Positions 25,832 through 37,485 of a stretch of 64,000 bases of DNA are shown piece after piece. A program made the translations under genes and the position numbers. Below the pieces are notes generated by a model that was not told the origin of the DNA, did no database searches, and saw nothing but the letters and a program-made list of their open reading frames with translations. The stretch is from Sphaerodactylus townsendi (Eukaryota). Positions within the stretch are counted from its first letter, which is position 1; every line of letters begins with the position of its first letter. The stretch is taken from assembly GCF_021028975.2 (NCBI RefSeq), contig NC_059425.1, forward strand, positions 27,156,001-27,220,000, in the 5' to 3' direction.

Positions 25832-26081
25832 CAGGTGTCCAACTCGCGGCCCTCCAGATATTATGGACTGCAGTTCCCATCATCCCCTGCCAGCATCATG
25901 CTGCATCATGCTGGCAGGGGATGATGGGAACTGTAGTCCATAATATCTGGAGGGCCGCGAGTTGGACACCTGCTGATGATGGGAGTCCATAATATCTGGA
26001 GGGCCGTGAGTTTAGTGTAGGGCCGTGTAGTGTAGGGCCGTGTAGTCTATAATATCTGGAGGGCCGTGAGTTTGACACCTG
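25832..26081. mobile_element. Palindromic hAT MITE with reiterated right arm
   Basis: Full hairpin 25832-25972 followed by two further right-arm copies ending gtttgacacctg. Confidence 0.8.
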
Positions 26082-26387
26082 TTACTGCCTGTCCCTGATT
26101 TTTATGGCAGCCGATTCATATTTTGGGAACTGCCCATAAAGATCAGAAACCTTATTCTGGGCAGAGATGGTGTATTGTTTTCAAAAAGGCAGACTAACCA
26201 TGTGTGCCTTAGATGGAATGGCATTTCCATTCAGGAAGAGGGGAGACAGCTATTTCTGCTGATTCTCCTTACCATTTAAGGTTGCCAACTCTTGTTTGGA
26301 AAATTTCTGGAGAATTTGGGGACGGTACTTGGGGACAACAGAGTTTGGGGAGGGAAGAGATTTCAGTGGAGACGTGATGCTGTAGAA

Positions 26388-26573
26388 CAGTGGTTCTCAA
26401 CCTTCCTAATGCCGTGACCCTTTAATACAGTTCCTCATGTTGTGGTGACCCCCAACCCTAACATTTATCCATTTTACAGATGGAGAACACTGATGCAGAG
26501 ACTCTTAGGTGATCCCTGTGAAAGGGTCGTTCGACCCCCAAAGGGGTCCCGGCCCACAGGTTGAGAACCACTG
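26388..26573. mobile_element. SPIN (URR1-like) hAT MITE, 186 bp
   Basis: CAGTGGTTCTCAACCTTCCTAATGCCGTGACCCTTTAATACAGTTCCTCATGTTGTGGTGACCCCCAACC...GGTTGAGAACCACTG; perfect TSD ctgtagaa. Confidence 0.9.
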
Positions 26574-28127
26574 CTGTAGAATCTGCCCTCTGAAGCTACC
26601 TTTTCCTCCAGGGGAACTAACTGAGGTCTGGAGATCCACTATAATTCCTGGAGAATTCCAGGCCCCACCTGCAGGTTGGCAACCTTATTGCCACAGCATG
26701 GACTCAATTTGCCTCCTGTCCTGTTCTGAGCAAACAGTAAAATGAAGGGGGGCATAGTAATGGTAATGACTTTGCTACCCTCTGGAAAAGGAAACCACTG
26801 TGTCACCCCATGTTCAACAAACTGTTAGTTAGAGGATAGAATGAACACATCTCTGTGGCGCAGCAGTGACAGGGCTATCCTGGAATGAAGACGTGCAGGT
26901 TCAAATTCATGCTGTAGAAGTAAGGATGGAGCAGGGACAGAATGGGATTTTAAAACTGCCCAGATGCAAGTGGAACCAAGCAGTCCCCTGGGTAAGTCAT
27001 GTAAAGCACATGGTCGCAAGTCACCTGACGGTTGCTGCTGGTGGGCCTGGCCCCAATGAGATCTCCCTCAAAACCTCAAGCAGTCTTGGAAAGTTCCCCT
27101 CTTCCCCTCCCCTTTCCTTTTATTGGCAAAAGTCAAAACTTGGGCTAGCAATATTGTGGGGGCGCCTAGCAATGGCCATCAACAGCATTCATTTCTTTAA
27201 AGACACTGGATTGGAAAATTCCAGGAAATTTGGTGGTGGTGGTGGTGGTGGGGCTACAGAAGGCAAGGTTGGGGGGGGGGGAACCTCAGTTGAGTATAAT
27301 GCCAGAGTCCACCCTTTAAAGCTGCCATTCCTACAGGGAAATGGATCTCTGTAGTCTAATTCTGGGGTATCTCCATGTCCCACCTGGAGCCTAGCAACCC
27401 TACTACAGGCACTGCTTCTATTATGGGGGAGGGGGCTAATTTTAAAAATGTCAGACTTTTCTGCAAACCAGGGTTTTTTTTAGGTTTGCAGAAAGATCTG
27501 CATTGTCTGTCCATGGCTCCATACTTTGGTTCGAAGTGTCCAGAAATTTGGCCACTGAGAATTGGATACACTGATTCATTAAAACACTTATGTGCTGAAA
27601 TACTTATTTATGATACTCCTTTTCCCCCCAGACCCGTTCTAAATTTTTCATATTTTGAAAAGAGGAGCATAATTTCTCTCCATTAACCCTCTCAAAACAG
27701 ACGATCGCTTATAAACATCTCCGAATTGGGGAGAGGAACGTGTTGCCAAGAGAGGAGCCCCGATGGTGTGGTTTGCGGATCGGGCTGGGAGTGGAGTGCA
27801 GCCGAGGAGGCTCCCTTTTAGATGTCTGTCCCTTGGTGGAAAATATTTATATTAGCTCTGATGAATGGAGATCTGGATCTCATCATGGAGGCAACTGGGG
27901 GGCGGGGGGGGGCGGGGAGCAGCTGCCCTGCCATCATCTCATTCCCTCCATACATCTTGGTGTGGGTGAAGCCAGGAAGCTGGAAGGTTCTAAGAAAGGC
28001 TTAATATCCTGTTGCTCTGCAGGAAGCCAGCAAGCGATCACTAGGGACCCAAGCCAAAGAGAGGCCTCTCATTTGGAAATATGAGGGGCTACCTCAGGTG
28101 CCAGCACAAGAGGTGGAGGGATCGGAC

Positions 28128-28263
28128 CAGTGGTGGGATTCAAATAATTTAACAACCGGTTCTGGTGGTGGCATTCAAATGATTTAACAACTGGTTGTTT
28201 ACAAGCACTATTTTAACAACTGGTTCTGCCAAAGTGGTGCAAACCTGCTGAATCCCATCACTG
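28128..28263. mobile_element. hAT MITE with CAGTGGTGGGATTCA termini
   Basis: TSD gatcggac/gatcagac; internal duplication of the left end; relative at 48401-48592. Confidence 0.82.
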
Positions 28264-28480
28264 GATCAGACCCAAGGGCTGTCAGGAAATTCCCCTGTGC
28301 GAGCCTGACTGAAATGAATGGGAAGTAAACAAGGGCATTGTGCCCCATGCTAATTAATGTATGTGTATGTGTGTAGAGTGGGGAGGGTTTGCACTTTGGA
28401 TTTACTACCTCAGGTCACCTTTCTGCTTTCCTCCCTCAGCTTTATATTGGTGGAATTTTCATTCAGTTTCCAAGATCCTT

Positions 28481-28590
28481 ACAACAGGTTGTGGTGGGTT
28501 TTCCGGGCTGTGTGGCTGTGGTCTGGTGGATCTTGTTCCTAATGTTTCACCTGCATCTGTGACTGGCATCTTCAGAGGTGTATCTGAAGT
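28481..28590 (-). mobile_element. Penelope-like pLTR fragment with degenerate hammerhead (28538-28578)
   Basis: Minus strand CCT CTGAAGA TGCCAGTCACAGATGCAGGT GAAA CATT AGG; homologous to the 37.5-kb element. Confidence 0.7.
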
Positions 28591-28636
28591 GTGTGGCCAC
28601 ATCATCACAGGCAGTGGGCCTACCGTCATCCATGGC

Positions 28637-28637
<1 letters not shown>

Positions 28638-28667
<30 letters not shown>
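28638..28667. repeat. (GT)n microsatellite
   Basis: Direct reading. Confidence 0.95.
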
Positions 28668-28869
28668 GCTTGGCTGTCTTCTGGTCCTAAATTGGACCAA
28701 CTTGATCTGCTCTCTCCATCCAATATTGCTTGCAGCTGTAAGACCTACCACTTGCCCCCTAGACTCATGCCCTTCATGACTGGTGAAGGCCAGCCGTGAG
28801 GCGCTGTGAGACCCCCTGTTGGAAACTGTCAACTACTCCCTATCACAGGGAGTATTGCGGGTGGTGGGG

Positions 28870-29580
28870 TGTTAAAGGAGGCAGTGATATGACTGCTCTT
28901 GGAGAAGCCATCGTTGGTTCCGGAGGATCCAGCCAGGTACTGCCCAATTTAAAATCTATTGTTTCTGGGTAAGATTGTTGAGAGAGTGATTGTGGAACAG
29001 CTGCAGGTGTTTCTGGAGGGTGCATCGGTTTTGGACCCCTTCTAGTCAGGCGTCCGTCCGTACTGGCCATGGGACCAGAGGCATAGCTGGGTCAGAGTGC
29101 ACCCAGTGTGCATTCTGTGTTTTCCACACACCCCTGCCTCCCCACCCCTTAGTTCAGCCTGGAAAAGTGGCCTGTTCCCTTCAGGCTGAAAATGACCTGG
29201 GTGGAACTATACTTCCCATGAGACCTTGGGGCTCGCAAGGTCTCCTGGGAAGTGTAGTTCCCACCAGGCTGTTTTCAGCCTGAAAGGAACAGGCCACTTT
29301 CCCAGCCTGAACTGTTTCAATAAGCTAGGGGGGCGCCATGGGGGGGCGGGGGATTGGGGTGCTGCAGGGGGAGGGGTGATTCCCCCCCCCAGGCATACAC
29401 CCGGTGCAACATGCACCCCCGGCTCCCTGGTAGCTCCGCCTCTGCATGGGACAGAGACCATGCTGGTCAGCATTACTGATGAGCTCTGAATACAGACTGA
29501 GGAAGGTCAGCGTTGCTGGTGCTATTAGATCTCACTGCAGCATTTTACATGGTCAACCAGGATCTTTTGGCCCAGGTTCA
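28870..29580 (+). mobile_element. L2 LINE RT fragment, interrupted by a hAT element
   Basis: Degenerate FLGKIVERV..EQLQ, LDPF.SG, GHGTET.LV and VLLDL.AAF motifs; L2-type 3' tail at ~30330-30505. Confidence 0.75.
29076..29444. mobile_element. hAT non-autonomous element inserted in L2
   Basis: TIRs cagaggcatagct / agctccgcctctg; perfect TSD catgggac; internal long hairpin 29150-29315. Confidence 0.87.
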
Positions 29581-30834
29581 ATGTACTGGTTTTGTTGGGA
29601 TTTTGCAAGTGTCACAACTCAATCATAAAAGGGTTAACTGTTAGTATGTAAACAAGTTGTTGAAGTCACTGTTTATGACCTGGTCTATTGTATAGCTATT
29701 AATCAGTCAGATAGCCATTGCTCACATGTAGTGAGCACGGATATCTGAAGTTACAAAGTTAACTCTGTCTCTTTGTTTGAGCAGACACGACACTGGAGAG
29801 GAGACACTAAGTAGAGACATCATGTGAGACAGCAGATAGGTACCAAGATGTAACCAAACATACGGCAATGTAGATGTGTAACAGGAAAGAAAGGAGGAAA
29901 GGGAAAGAAAGGAGGAAGGGGAAAGTGAGGATGATGTATGAGTCTGAAATTGTGTGCATCGAGGAATGCTGCTGTAAATTTCGTTGTCCGTGCACAATGA
30001 CAATAAAATGCTTATGCTTATGCTTATTGAGCCTCTTTGGTCCTCCGGTAAAAAAATCACCTGGCTGTCCCGGGCCCCAACCACATGCAATTGAAAAGAG
30101 CCAGGACTTTTTCTGCCCCAGCTCCAACCTGGTGAAACTCTCTGTCAGCTGACACAAGGGCCCCGTGGGATCTAAAATAGTTCTGCAGGACCTGTAAGAG
30201 GGAGATGTTCCATCAGGCCTTCAGTTGTGGCCACTCATATGTCCCGATGCCATCTGGTGACCTCCCTGTACCATCTGCACCAACTGTAATGCTAATGCTA
30301 TTTGGCATCACCCCCTTGATTTATTGCCCATGCTTGTCTCATTAAAAGGGGGATCTGTGTCAAGCTGGACTGGGTTGTTTATGGGCTAAAAGTTTTTGCC
30401 ATCTTGGATTTTAATGTTACATTTAAAAAAATGTGTATGCCACTCTGAGCCCAACCTCAGTTGGGGAGGGTGGGATATAAATTTAATAAAAGTAAAATAA
30501 AATACATTCTTCAGGGATCAGAAAATAGGAATAATCTATCACATCCCTGGTGAGCTTTCACCTCTCCCTAGACTCCTCCCCCTCAGGCTCCACCCCCAAA
30601 TCTCCAGGAATTTCCCAGGATGCAGTTGGTCACTGTCATCGAAAGGCAGAAGCCGAGAAAACAAGTGTGTTGCCTAGTAGATTGGGGTGGTAGAGGTGGA
30701 GCATAATGAAAGAGGCCAAGAATAGCTCTTAGTGGCTAGAAATGTGGAGCAAACAGCCAAAGCCAAGCAGAAAATGGCCAATCCTCCCCTTGATTCTGGC
30801 CCATCCTCATGAAATTCTGCTCCTTCCCCTAGAC

Positions 30835-30966
30835 CACAGGTGTCAAACGCGTGGCCCTCCAGATGTTATGGACTACAGTTCCCATCAACCCCTGCCAGAA
30901 TGCTGGCAGGGGATGTTGGGAACTGTAGTCCATAACATCTGGAGGGCCGCGTGTTTGACACCTATG
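30835..30966. mobile_element. Palindromic hAT MITE
   Basis: cacaggtgtcaaac / gtttgacacctatg; perfect TSD ccctagac; degenerate sibling at 31233-31358. Confidence 0.9.
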
Positions 30967-31359
30967 CCCTAGACAGAGGTAGTGTTAGACATTCTGGAAT
31001 CCTGGTTAAAAGTCCAGAATAGAGTCCCAAAAATTACTGCCCCCTGCCCCCCTCTCACTGGGGACAAGCAAGGAATGTCATTCCTTCTGTGTGAGGTGGG
31101 TAAGAGTTAAAGAAAGCTGGGGGCCTGAGCCCCAGTTGGAGCAGGTGCAAACGGTGCCAGGATTCTGATCGTTTTCTTTCCCCTCTCCTTCAAAAGACAG
31201 GACTGAGGACAGTTGGGGACCCAAATGCAGGGCACAGGTGTCAAGCGGCCCTCCGGATGTTATGGACTACAGTTCCCATCATCCCCTGCCAGCATGATGC
31301 AGGGGATGATGGGAACTGTAGTCCATAACATCGGAGGGCTGCAAGTTTCACACCTATGC

Positions 31360-32030
31360 CATAGAGTCTACTTTCCAAAGCCACCATTTTCTCCAAGGGA
31401 GCTAATATGTACAGTTTGGAAATCAGTGGTTACTCCAGGAGATCTCCAGGTCTCACCTGGGAGCTGGCCGTCCTCAGATAGATTGTAATTCTGGGCACAG
31501 TCCAGCCATTCCTGGAGGCTGGCAAAAGGCTCGCCAGATCCAGGCTGGGAGGGGATTTTGGCGGTCAGGCCTGGAAGTTTTGGGGGTCAAGCCTGAGAAT
31601 AGCAGCGTTTGGAGATGGAGGCCTTCAATGGAGTATGACGGCATAAGAGTCCATCTTTCAAAGCTGCTGTTTTCTCCAGGTGAACAGATCTCTGTTGGCT
31701 GGAGATCCAGGGTAATCCCAGGAAATCTGCAGTCATCACCTGGAGGCAGGCAATTTGCCTGGTCTAGGGATGCTTGCCTCCAGGTGGGACCTGGGCATCC
31801 CCTGAAATTACAGCACATCTCCAGAGATCAGCTCCCCTGGAGAAAATGGGTGCTTTGGAGGCAGACTCTATGGTATTATACCCCACTGCAGACTCTATGG
31901 TATTGTACCCCACTGCAGTCCCTGTCCTCTCAGGCTCCATCCCCAGATCTCCAGGTGTCTTCCAACCTGGATCTGACCTCCTTACCCCTGCCATCTCCTG
32001 CTGGTGGCTACAGGAGATACGGAAACTCTA
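31360..32030. repeat. Cluster of AGGGTTGCCA-family dispersed repeats in both orientations
   Basis: Shared ctccag...agatcag(t/c)tcccctggagaaaatgg..gctttgga...ggactctatgg core; other copies at ~26277-26686, 27190-27400, 41595-41750, 51180-51310, 52085-52260 and 60505-61390. Confidence 0.7.
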
Positions 32031-32642
32031 GGCCAGACCTTGAGACAGTCCTTACTATTACAAGAAAGAGGCAGGGTGGCTTGATGAGGTCAAGTAACTG
32101 AGGTGTGTCAGCTGAGACTGTTGAAACCTGGAGAGAGGGAGATGGGTTGAGATGAGAAGCAGGACCTTACGTAGGACAGATGGACTAACTGATGAACCAA
32201 ATAATACAATAGTTAATGTTGACATTACAATGACGCAGCAAAACACAACTAATGTAATCACACACAAGGCTGAGTTGATAGCTAATCATAGTCTGCTGTG
32301 CAACAGACGCACTACATGAAACCATACTCTATCTCAGTTAAAGATGTTAGTTCGGTCAGTTGAAGTGCAGTGGTTGAGACAATTGTATGCTTCCGCCTTA
32401 GAGCATAGTCCTGAACGAATATTAAACTTATCATTCATTTTTATGTGCTGCCTTGTCAAAGCCATTATTTTATGCATTATTAACACGGTACTTTGATAAA
32501 AGAGCATTTATAGTTCATTGAATGATTATCACCAAACTTTCAAACAGATGTGGGGGAGGCAGGGCTAGATAGGCACCAGGATTGAAGCAGAGCACTCTGC
32601 AACAAAGAAGGTCTGGCATGTTGAGTTCTGTGTGGAGGAATA

Positions 32643-33185
32643 CCGTATATACTCGTATATAAGTCAACCCGAATATAAGTCGAGGCACCTAATTTTACCA
32701 CAAAAAACTGGGAAAGCTTATTGACTCGAGTATAAGTCTAGGGTGGGAAGTGCAGCAGCTACTGGTAAATTTCAAAAATAAAAATAGATGTGGTCGGGCG
32801 CTATTTGGGGGTCTCTGCCTCTGACCCCCCATCTCACCAATCCCAAGGTCTCTGCCACTGACCTCTCCATCCTGCAGCTTGTCCAGCTCACCCAGGTTGA
32901 CTGGCTGTCACCGTCGAGAGCCAGGGACCGGCCACCGCTGAGAAGAAGGCAGAGGCAGAGAAAGCGGCTGAAAGGGCAGAGGCATAGAAGAAGGCAGAGG
33001 AGAGCAAAGCAGAGGCAGAGAAAGCGGCTGAAAGGGGGAAGGCAGAGAAGAAGGCAGGAGAGAGTGAAGATGAGAGAGGGGAAACACTGCACAAGAATTG
33101 TGGGACCCTCACGTATAAGTCAAGGGGTTTTTTTTCAGCACAAAAAATGTGCTGGAAAAGTTGACTGATACGCGAGTATATAAGG
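32643..33185. mobile_element. Tc1/mariner-type non-autonomous element with internal minisatellite
   Basis: TA+CCGTATATACTCG...CGAGTATATAAGG+TA; internal aggcagaggcagagaaagcggctgaaaggg repeats. Confidence 0.8.
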
Positions 33186-33367
33186 TATACAATCTACTAT
33201 CACTTTTTTGTGAGTTAGAGTATAGCAGATGCAACACAGCAGCAGATTTAACCTAACCAGTTGCCAAGCAAAACAGAGCTGCAGGTTCATATTAAAATAT
33301 ACAATGCATTTAAAATCACCAGCAACACTGAAGACTGAACACATGTGCAAACAGGTATGTGCTAGAG

Positions 33368-33670
33368 CAGCGATTCCCAACCAGGGTTCCGTATTACCCT
33401 GGCGTGCCGTGAGCATGTCCCAGGGGTACCACGGCAACACTACCGCCCCCCCTCAAATTTGCGGTGTCTCCCGCTGACACCAGCAAGGACATGGAGCTGG
33501 GCCAGGGGGCAGGGCCTGCCGCAAGGTCAGCAGCCACTTCCCACCCACCCCCACCCCCGTGCTTCCCTTCACCCTGGGAGGGGAAGGTGGGGGGAGGATG
33601 GCAGGGGTACCGTGAGATATGAAGAGTGAGGTCAAGGGTACCATGACGTCGAAAAGGTTGGAAAACACTG
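33368..33670. mobile_element. hAT (Charlie-like) MITE
   Basis: cagcgattcccaacc / ggttggaaaacactg; perfect TSD tgctagag. Confidence 0.87.
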
Positions 33671-35762
33671 TGCTAGAGACAGGCATTGTGTTGGATCCGA
33701 CCAGTTTTTCTGCTAGTGAAAAATGAAGGGGAGTGCTACATTGGGGAAAAGGTAAGAAAGAGGAGTCGGAAGAAGAAAACTGCCCCTTAGGACTCAGAGG
33801 GGCTGTGTGCTGTTGGCATGAAGGGAATGGGCAGGGACAGTTGTACTTTGGAGGTGGCAGCATCTGGGGGCTCAGCCAGCCAGTGGCAACAGCGTTAAGG
33901 AGGGAGGGGCAGAATGCTTGCTCTGCCCCCTCCTTAGCCTACAAAAAAACCCTCTGACTACCTTCAAGAAAAATTCAGTTCTCTCAAACTATGAGAGGCC
34001 ATTGAGAAAGCAGGCCGATTTGCGAAAGCAATATGCTTACAGGGTGAGTCACAGTGCTGCCGTGCATTCAGTAGTTTTTTAAACCTCGCTGTTTCGAGCC
34101 CTCAGGAATCTGCTGAAGCGTGTTCTTCCTCATGTTCTGTTTATGGAATAAAATTGCCGTGTGACACATCCCCTCTGCCCGCCTTCATCTCCCTACAAAC
34201 TAAGAAGAGCCGATCTATTTTAGGGATTCACGTACACAAGGTTGGCGTGTGCTGTTTGCAATGGATGATGCTCACAGAAGAATGGGAAGATGTAGCTTTC
34301 AATTGGCTGGGGTTGGAGGTGGCTGTGTTTTTAGCGGATAAGGTCATTAGTGCTTGATGGATAGTCAGCCTCATTGGCTAATATATTCCTCCGCTCTGCT
34401 GCTAGCAACTCCACTAAAAGCCAATGTTTTAAGAAGGCTACAAATGTTCCTACTCGATTTGAAGACTATGTGAGATATTAATAAAGGTAACTGAACCTAG
34501 ACATGTGCAGAATGCCTTCCTTTAGCACAACAGTGTGATTTGGCCTCCTTTGAACTAGTGGGAAGACAATACAGAGGTAAACTTGGAGCTGAAGCTAATG
34601 CGGAAGTGACCCACTATAACCTACAATTGCGCTGATATTCTTAAAGGAATGCATGTACAGAAGGCCCTATCCTGGATGGTCCTGGCCAGCCCAATCTTGT
34701 CAGATCCTTGTTCTGGTTCATACTTGAATGGGAGACCACCAAGGAAATCCAGCGGACTATACAAAGGGAGGCAGTGGCAAACCACCTCTGTTTCTCTTGC
34801 TTTGAAAACCTTGCTTGGTTGCCACAACAAGTCAGATGCAACTTGATTATGCTTCCCACTACTGCCAGGCACAGAAGATTATTATTGCAGAGGAGGACCA
34901 GCAGGTAGACAGAAAGTGCTTAATCCTTTTCCCTTGAATTATTTAAATATCCCCCCCCCCCCTCTTGAAATCCAGTATGGGAGGGAGGGAATACATAGCT
35001 CCTAAGAAGAAGAAAAGTTTGGATTTATACACCATTTTTCTCAACTGGAGTCACAAAGCGGCTTATAAACGCCTTCCCCACCTTCCCCCACAACAGACAG
35101 CTGTGATGTAGGTGCGGCTGAGAGAGTTCTAAAGAATTGTGATTCGCTCAAGGTCACCCAGCATGTGGAAGAGTGGGGAAGAGTGGGGAAACAAACCTGG
35201 TTCACCAGATAAGAATCAGCTGCTCATGTGGAAGAGTGGGGAATCAAACCTGATCCTCCAGATTAGAGTCAACCTGGGTCTTAACTACTACACCATGCTT
35301 GCTCTAATATCTTTTCTGACCTGGATACCCTGTCAGATCTCAGAAGCTAAGCAGGGTCGACCCTGGAAAGAATTTGAATGCGAGTCCTCCATGGAATACC
35401 ACACCAGGGTCATGATGTGGAGGTAGGCAATGGCTAACTGGGGATTTTTAATGGAAAAAGGAACACAGGACAGGATTCATTAGCTTCTGTTCCTGCACCT
35501 CTCCCATCATCTTCTCAAGATGTTTATCACCAGCAGTTGCTAGGCCTAATAAAAATGTTACCTCTTTAATATATTTTCAATGCCAAACCTCAGTATGTAG
35601 GTATATGGGTATATGAGGGCGCTTCTGGGCATGAGAAGAAAACCTTTTCCATGCTACTTGAGAACGATAGCAGCACACTCACACCTGGGAGCAGGTTTCT
35701 TGCAGATCCCAGAGCAATGGGGTATAGTTTCTCTTTCATGGGGAAGAAAAGTTATGTACATA

Positions 35763-36732
35763 TGTAGTCTGTCCTGAAAAACAAAGAGGTTTAGGCCTAG
35801 GCCTGATTAGTAGATCACAGTAGACTTTGGTAGACTTGAGGCCAGAACTGGCTAGCGTATCACACTAGCTGACGCATCAGACTAGCTGATCTGTGTATAG
35901 GCTTGTGGCCATTTGCATTTTTAGCAAAGGCTGATGGGGTATGCTGTTGAAATGATAACCATAACACTAAAAGGTGGTCTAAAGCAGGATTGGCCAAGGT
36001 AAAAGAACAAGAGGGAGTTGACTGAGAAACACTGGAGGCAGTCTTCTCTGAAGGGCAAAGAACCGAACAGAGAGATCTAAATTTGTTAGCTGGAAGAACT
36101 TGATTGTCTTCCTTGAGAACTGCAGAACCTGGGAAGAGCTGAACAATCCTTCAGAGCAGAAGCGACTGGAAAGAGGAAGGAACAGGACTTGCCATCGCCG
36201 AACTCTTGAAGAACTGCACCAAAGCATCCTAGTACAGAGCTGCCCCACCTTGTCTTGCCAGGAGAAAAGGGAAACTGCTCCTAGGGCACAGGTGTCAAAC
36301 TCAAGGCCCTCCAGATGTTCATGAACTACAATTTCCATCAGCCCTTGCCAGTATAGCCAATGCTCATTTTGGGGGGGACTGATGGGAATTGTAGTTCATG
36401 AACATCTGGAGGGCCTCGAGTTTGACACCCCTGTCCTAGGGCAATGACTAAGCTCGAAGACTCATCTGGCATCTTTCCAGGAAGGGTTCCTGCTGTGGCA
36501 AGAATGATGTTTTTGGGACTCTGCTCCAGACTTGGCCTCGAGAAAAATGCACAGCGCTATCTGCAAAGGACTGTGAAGAGGACTCTTGTATAAGACAGCG
36601 GTTAGTGAACCAGTGCTAATGTTTTTGGGAATGTTCCCTTTCTGTTTTATTTTAATAAATTGGATTTATATTTGGAGTTTATTAGAATTATACTAGATTT
36701 TGAAACTGACTTTGGGGACTCAAGGAGTTACA
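35763..36732. mobile_element. Solo LTR (Gypsy/ERV-type) with nested MITE
   Basis: TGTA...TACA termini flanked by 4-bp TSD cata/cata (35759-62, 36733-36); AATAAA near the 3' end (~36655). Confidence 0.6.
36287..36433. mobile_element. Palindromic hAT MITE nested in the solo LTR
   Basis: Perfect TSD tcctaggg. Confidence 0.9.
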
Positions 36733-37485
36733 CATATTTAAGTGCTCTCAAGTCCCAACCAACCTACAGTGACCCCAGCAAGGAAGGGGCTCTCAAGGCA
36801 AGTGAGACGCAGAGGTGGTTTGCCATCACTTTCCTCTGCTGAGCCTTCCTTGGCGGCCTCCCAGCCAAGTACCTATCCTGCGTAGCTTCTCAGATTTGAT
36901 AAGATCAGACGATACCATGCTGCTTTCCCTCTTGGAGAACAGCGGCACCTGCCAAAATCTCTTCTGCCTGATTATGGAAAACCCACTACCATTTGCAGCC
37001 GGTATGTCTTGCCCTCCATCCTTGCTGACAGTGCTCCCCACAGGATCCCATTGTACTGGATCCTGATGGTGCAATCTGGCATTTCAACCCTCTTGCTTAC
37101 ACTGGAAAGCCCCCCCCCCCCCCCCCCCCCAATATGTTTTCTCTTGCCCCGAGTCTGTTCTGGGACTGCAATGTTCACGTTTTGCTTGTAAAAGCTGCCT
37201 CTTGAGCTCTGGATTCTGTCTTGAGCAGCCACACTGCTGGCGGGAGTTCAGAGTGTGGGATTCAGCCCCTCTGAAGATGCACTTGCTCGTGGGCAAAAGA
37301 CTGGAAACAAAGAAAGGGGGTCTGTTCGATTTGCCAGAAGCTAGCCTGCCCCCTTCAGAGGTGGCCATTTTTAAATGCCGTTTATTCGAACGATTTGACC
37401 CCTTCCCCAGCTTCCATGTTGAAAGGGCCCTCAAGGCAGTTTAAAACAAAATATGCTAATCTCAAAATTTTAACATTCTAACATG

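Noticed and set aside
25973-26081. CRISPR-like repeat-spacer pattern
   Set aside because: Vertebrate DNA; the repeats are reiterated MITE arms without unique spacers
29610-29883. Possible small solo LTR (TGT...ACA)
   Set aside because: No matching TSD found and the boundaries are unsupported
31580-32101. 173-aa ORF and overlapping ORFs
   Set aside because: They run through dispersed AGGGTTGCCA-family repeats and a 27-bp tandem duplication; no protein-like features
32772-33168. Arg/Gln-rich and Leu/Cys-rich ORFs
   Set aside because: Translations of a minisatellite inside a Tc1/mariner-type element
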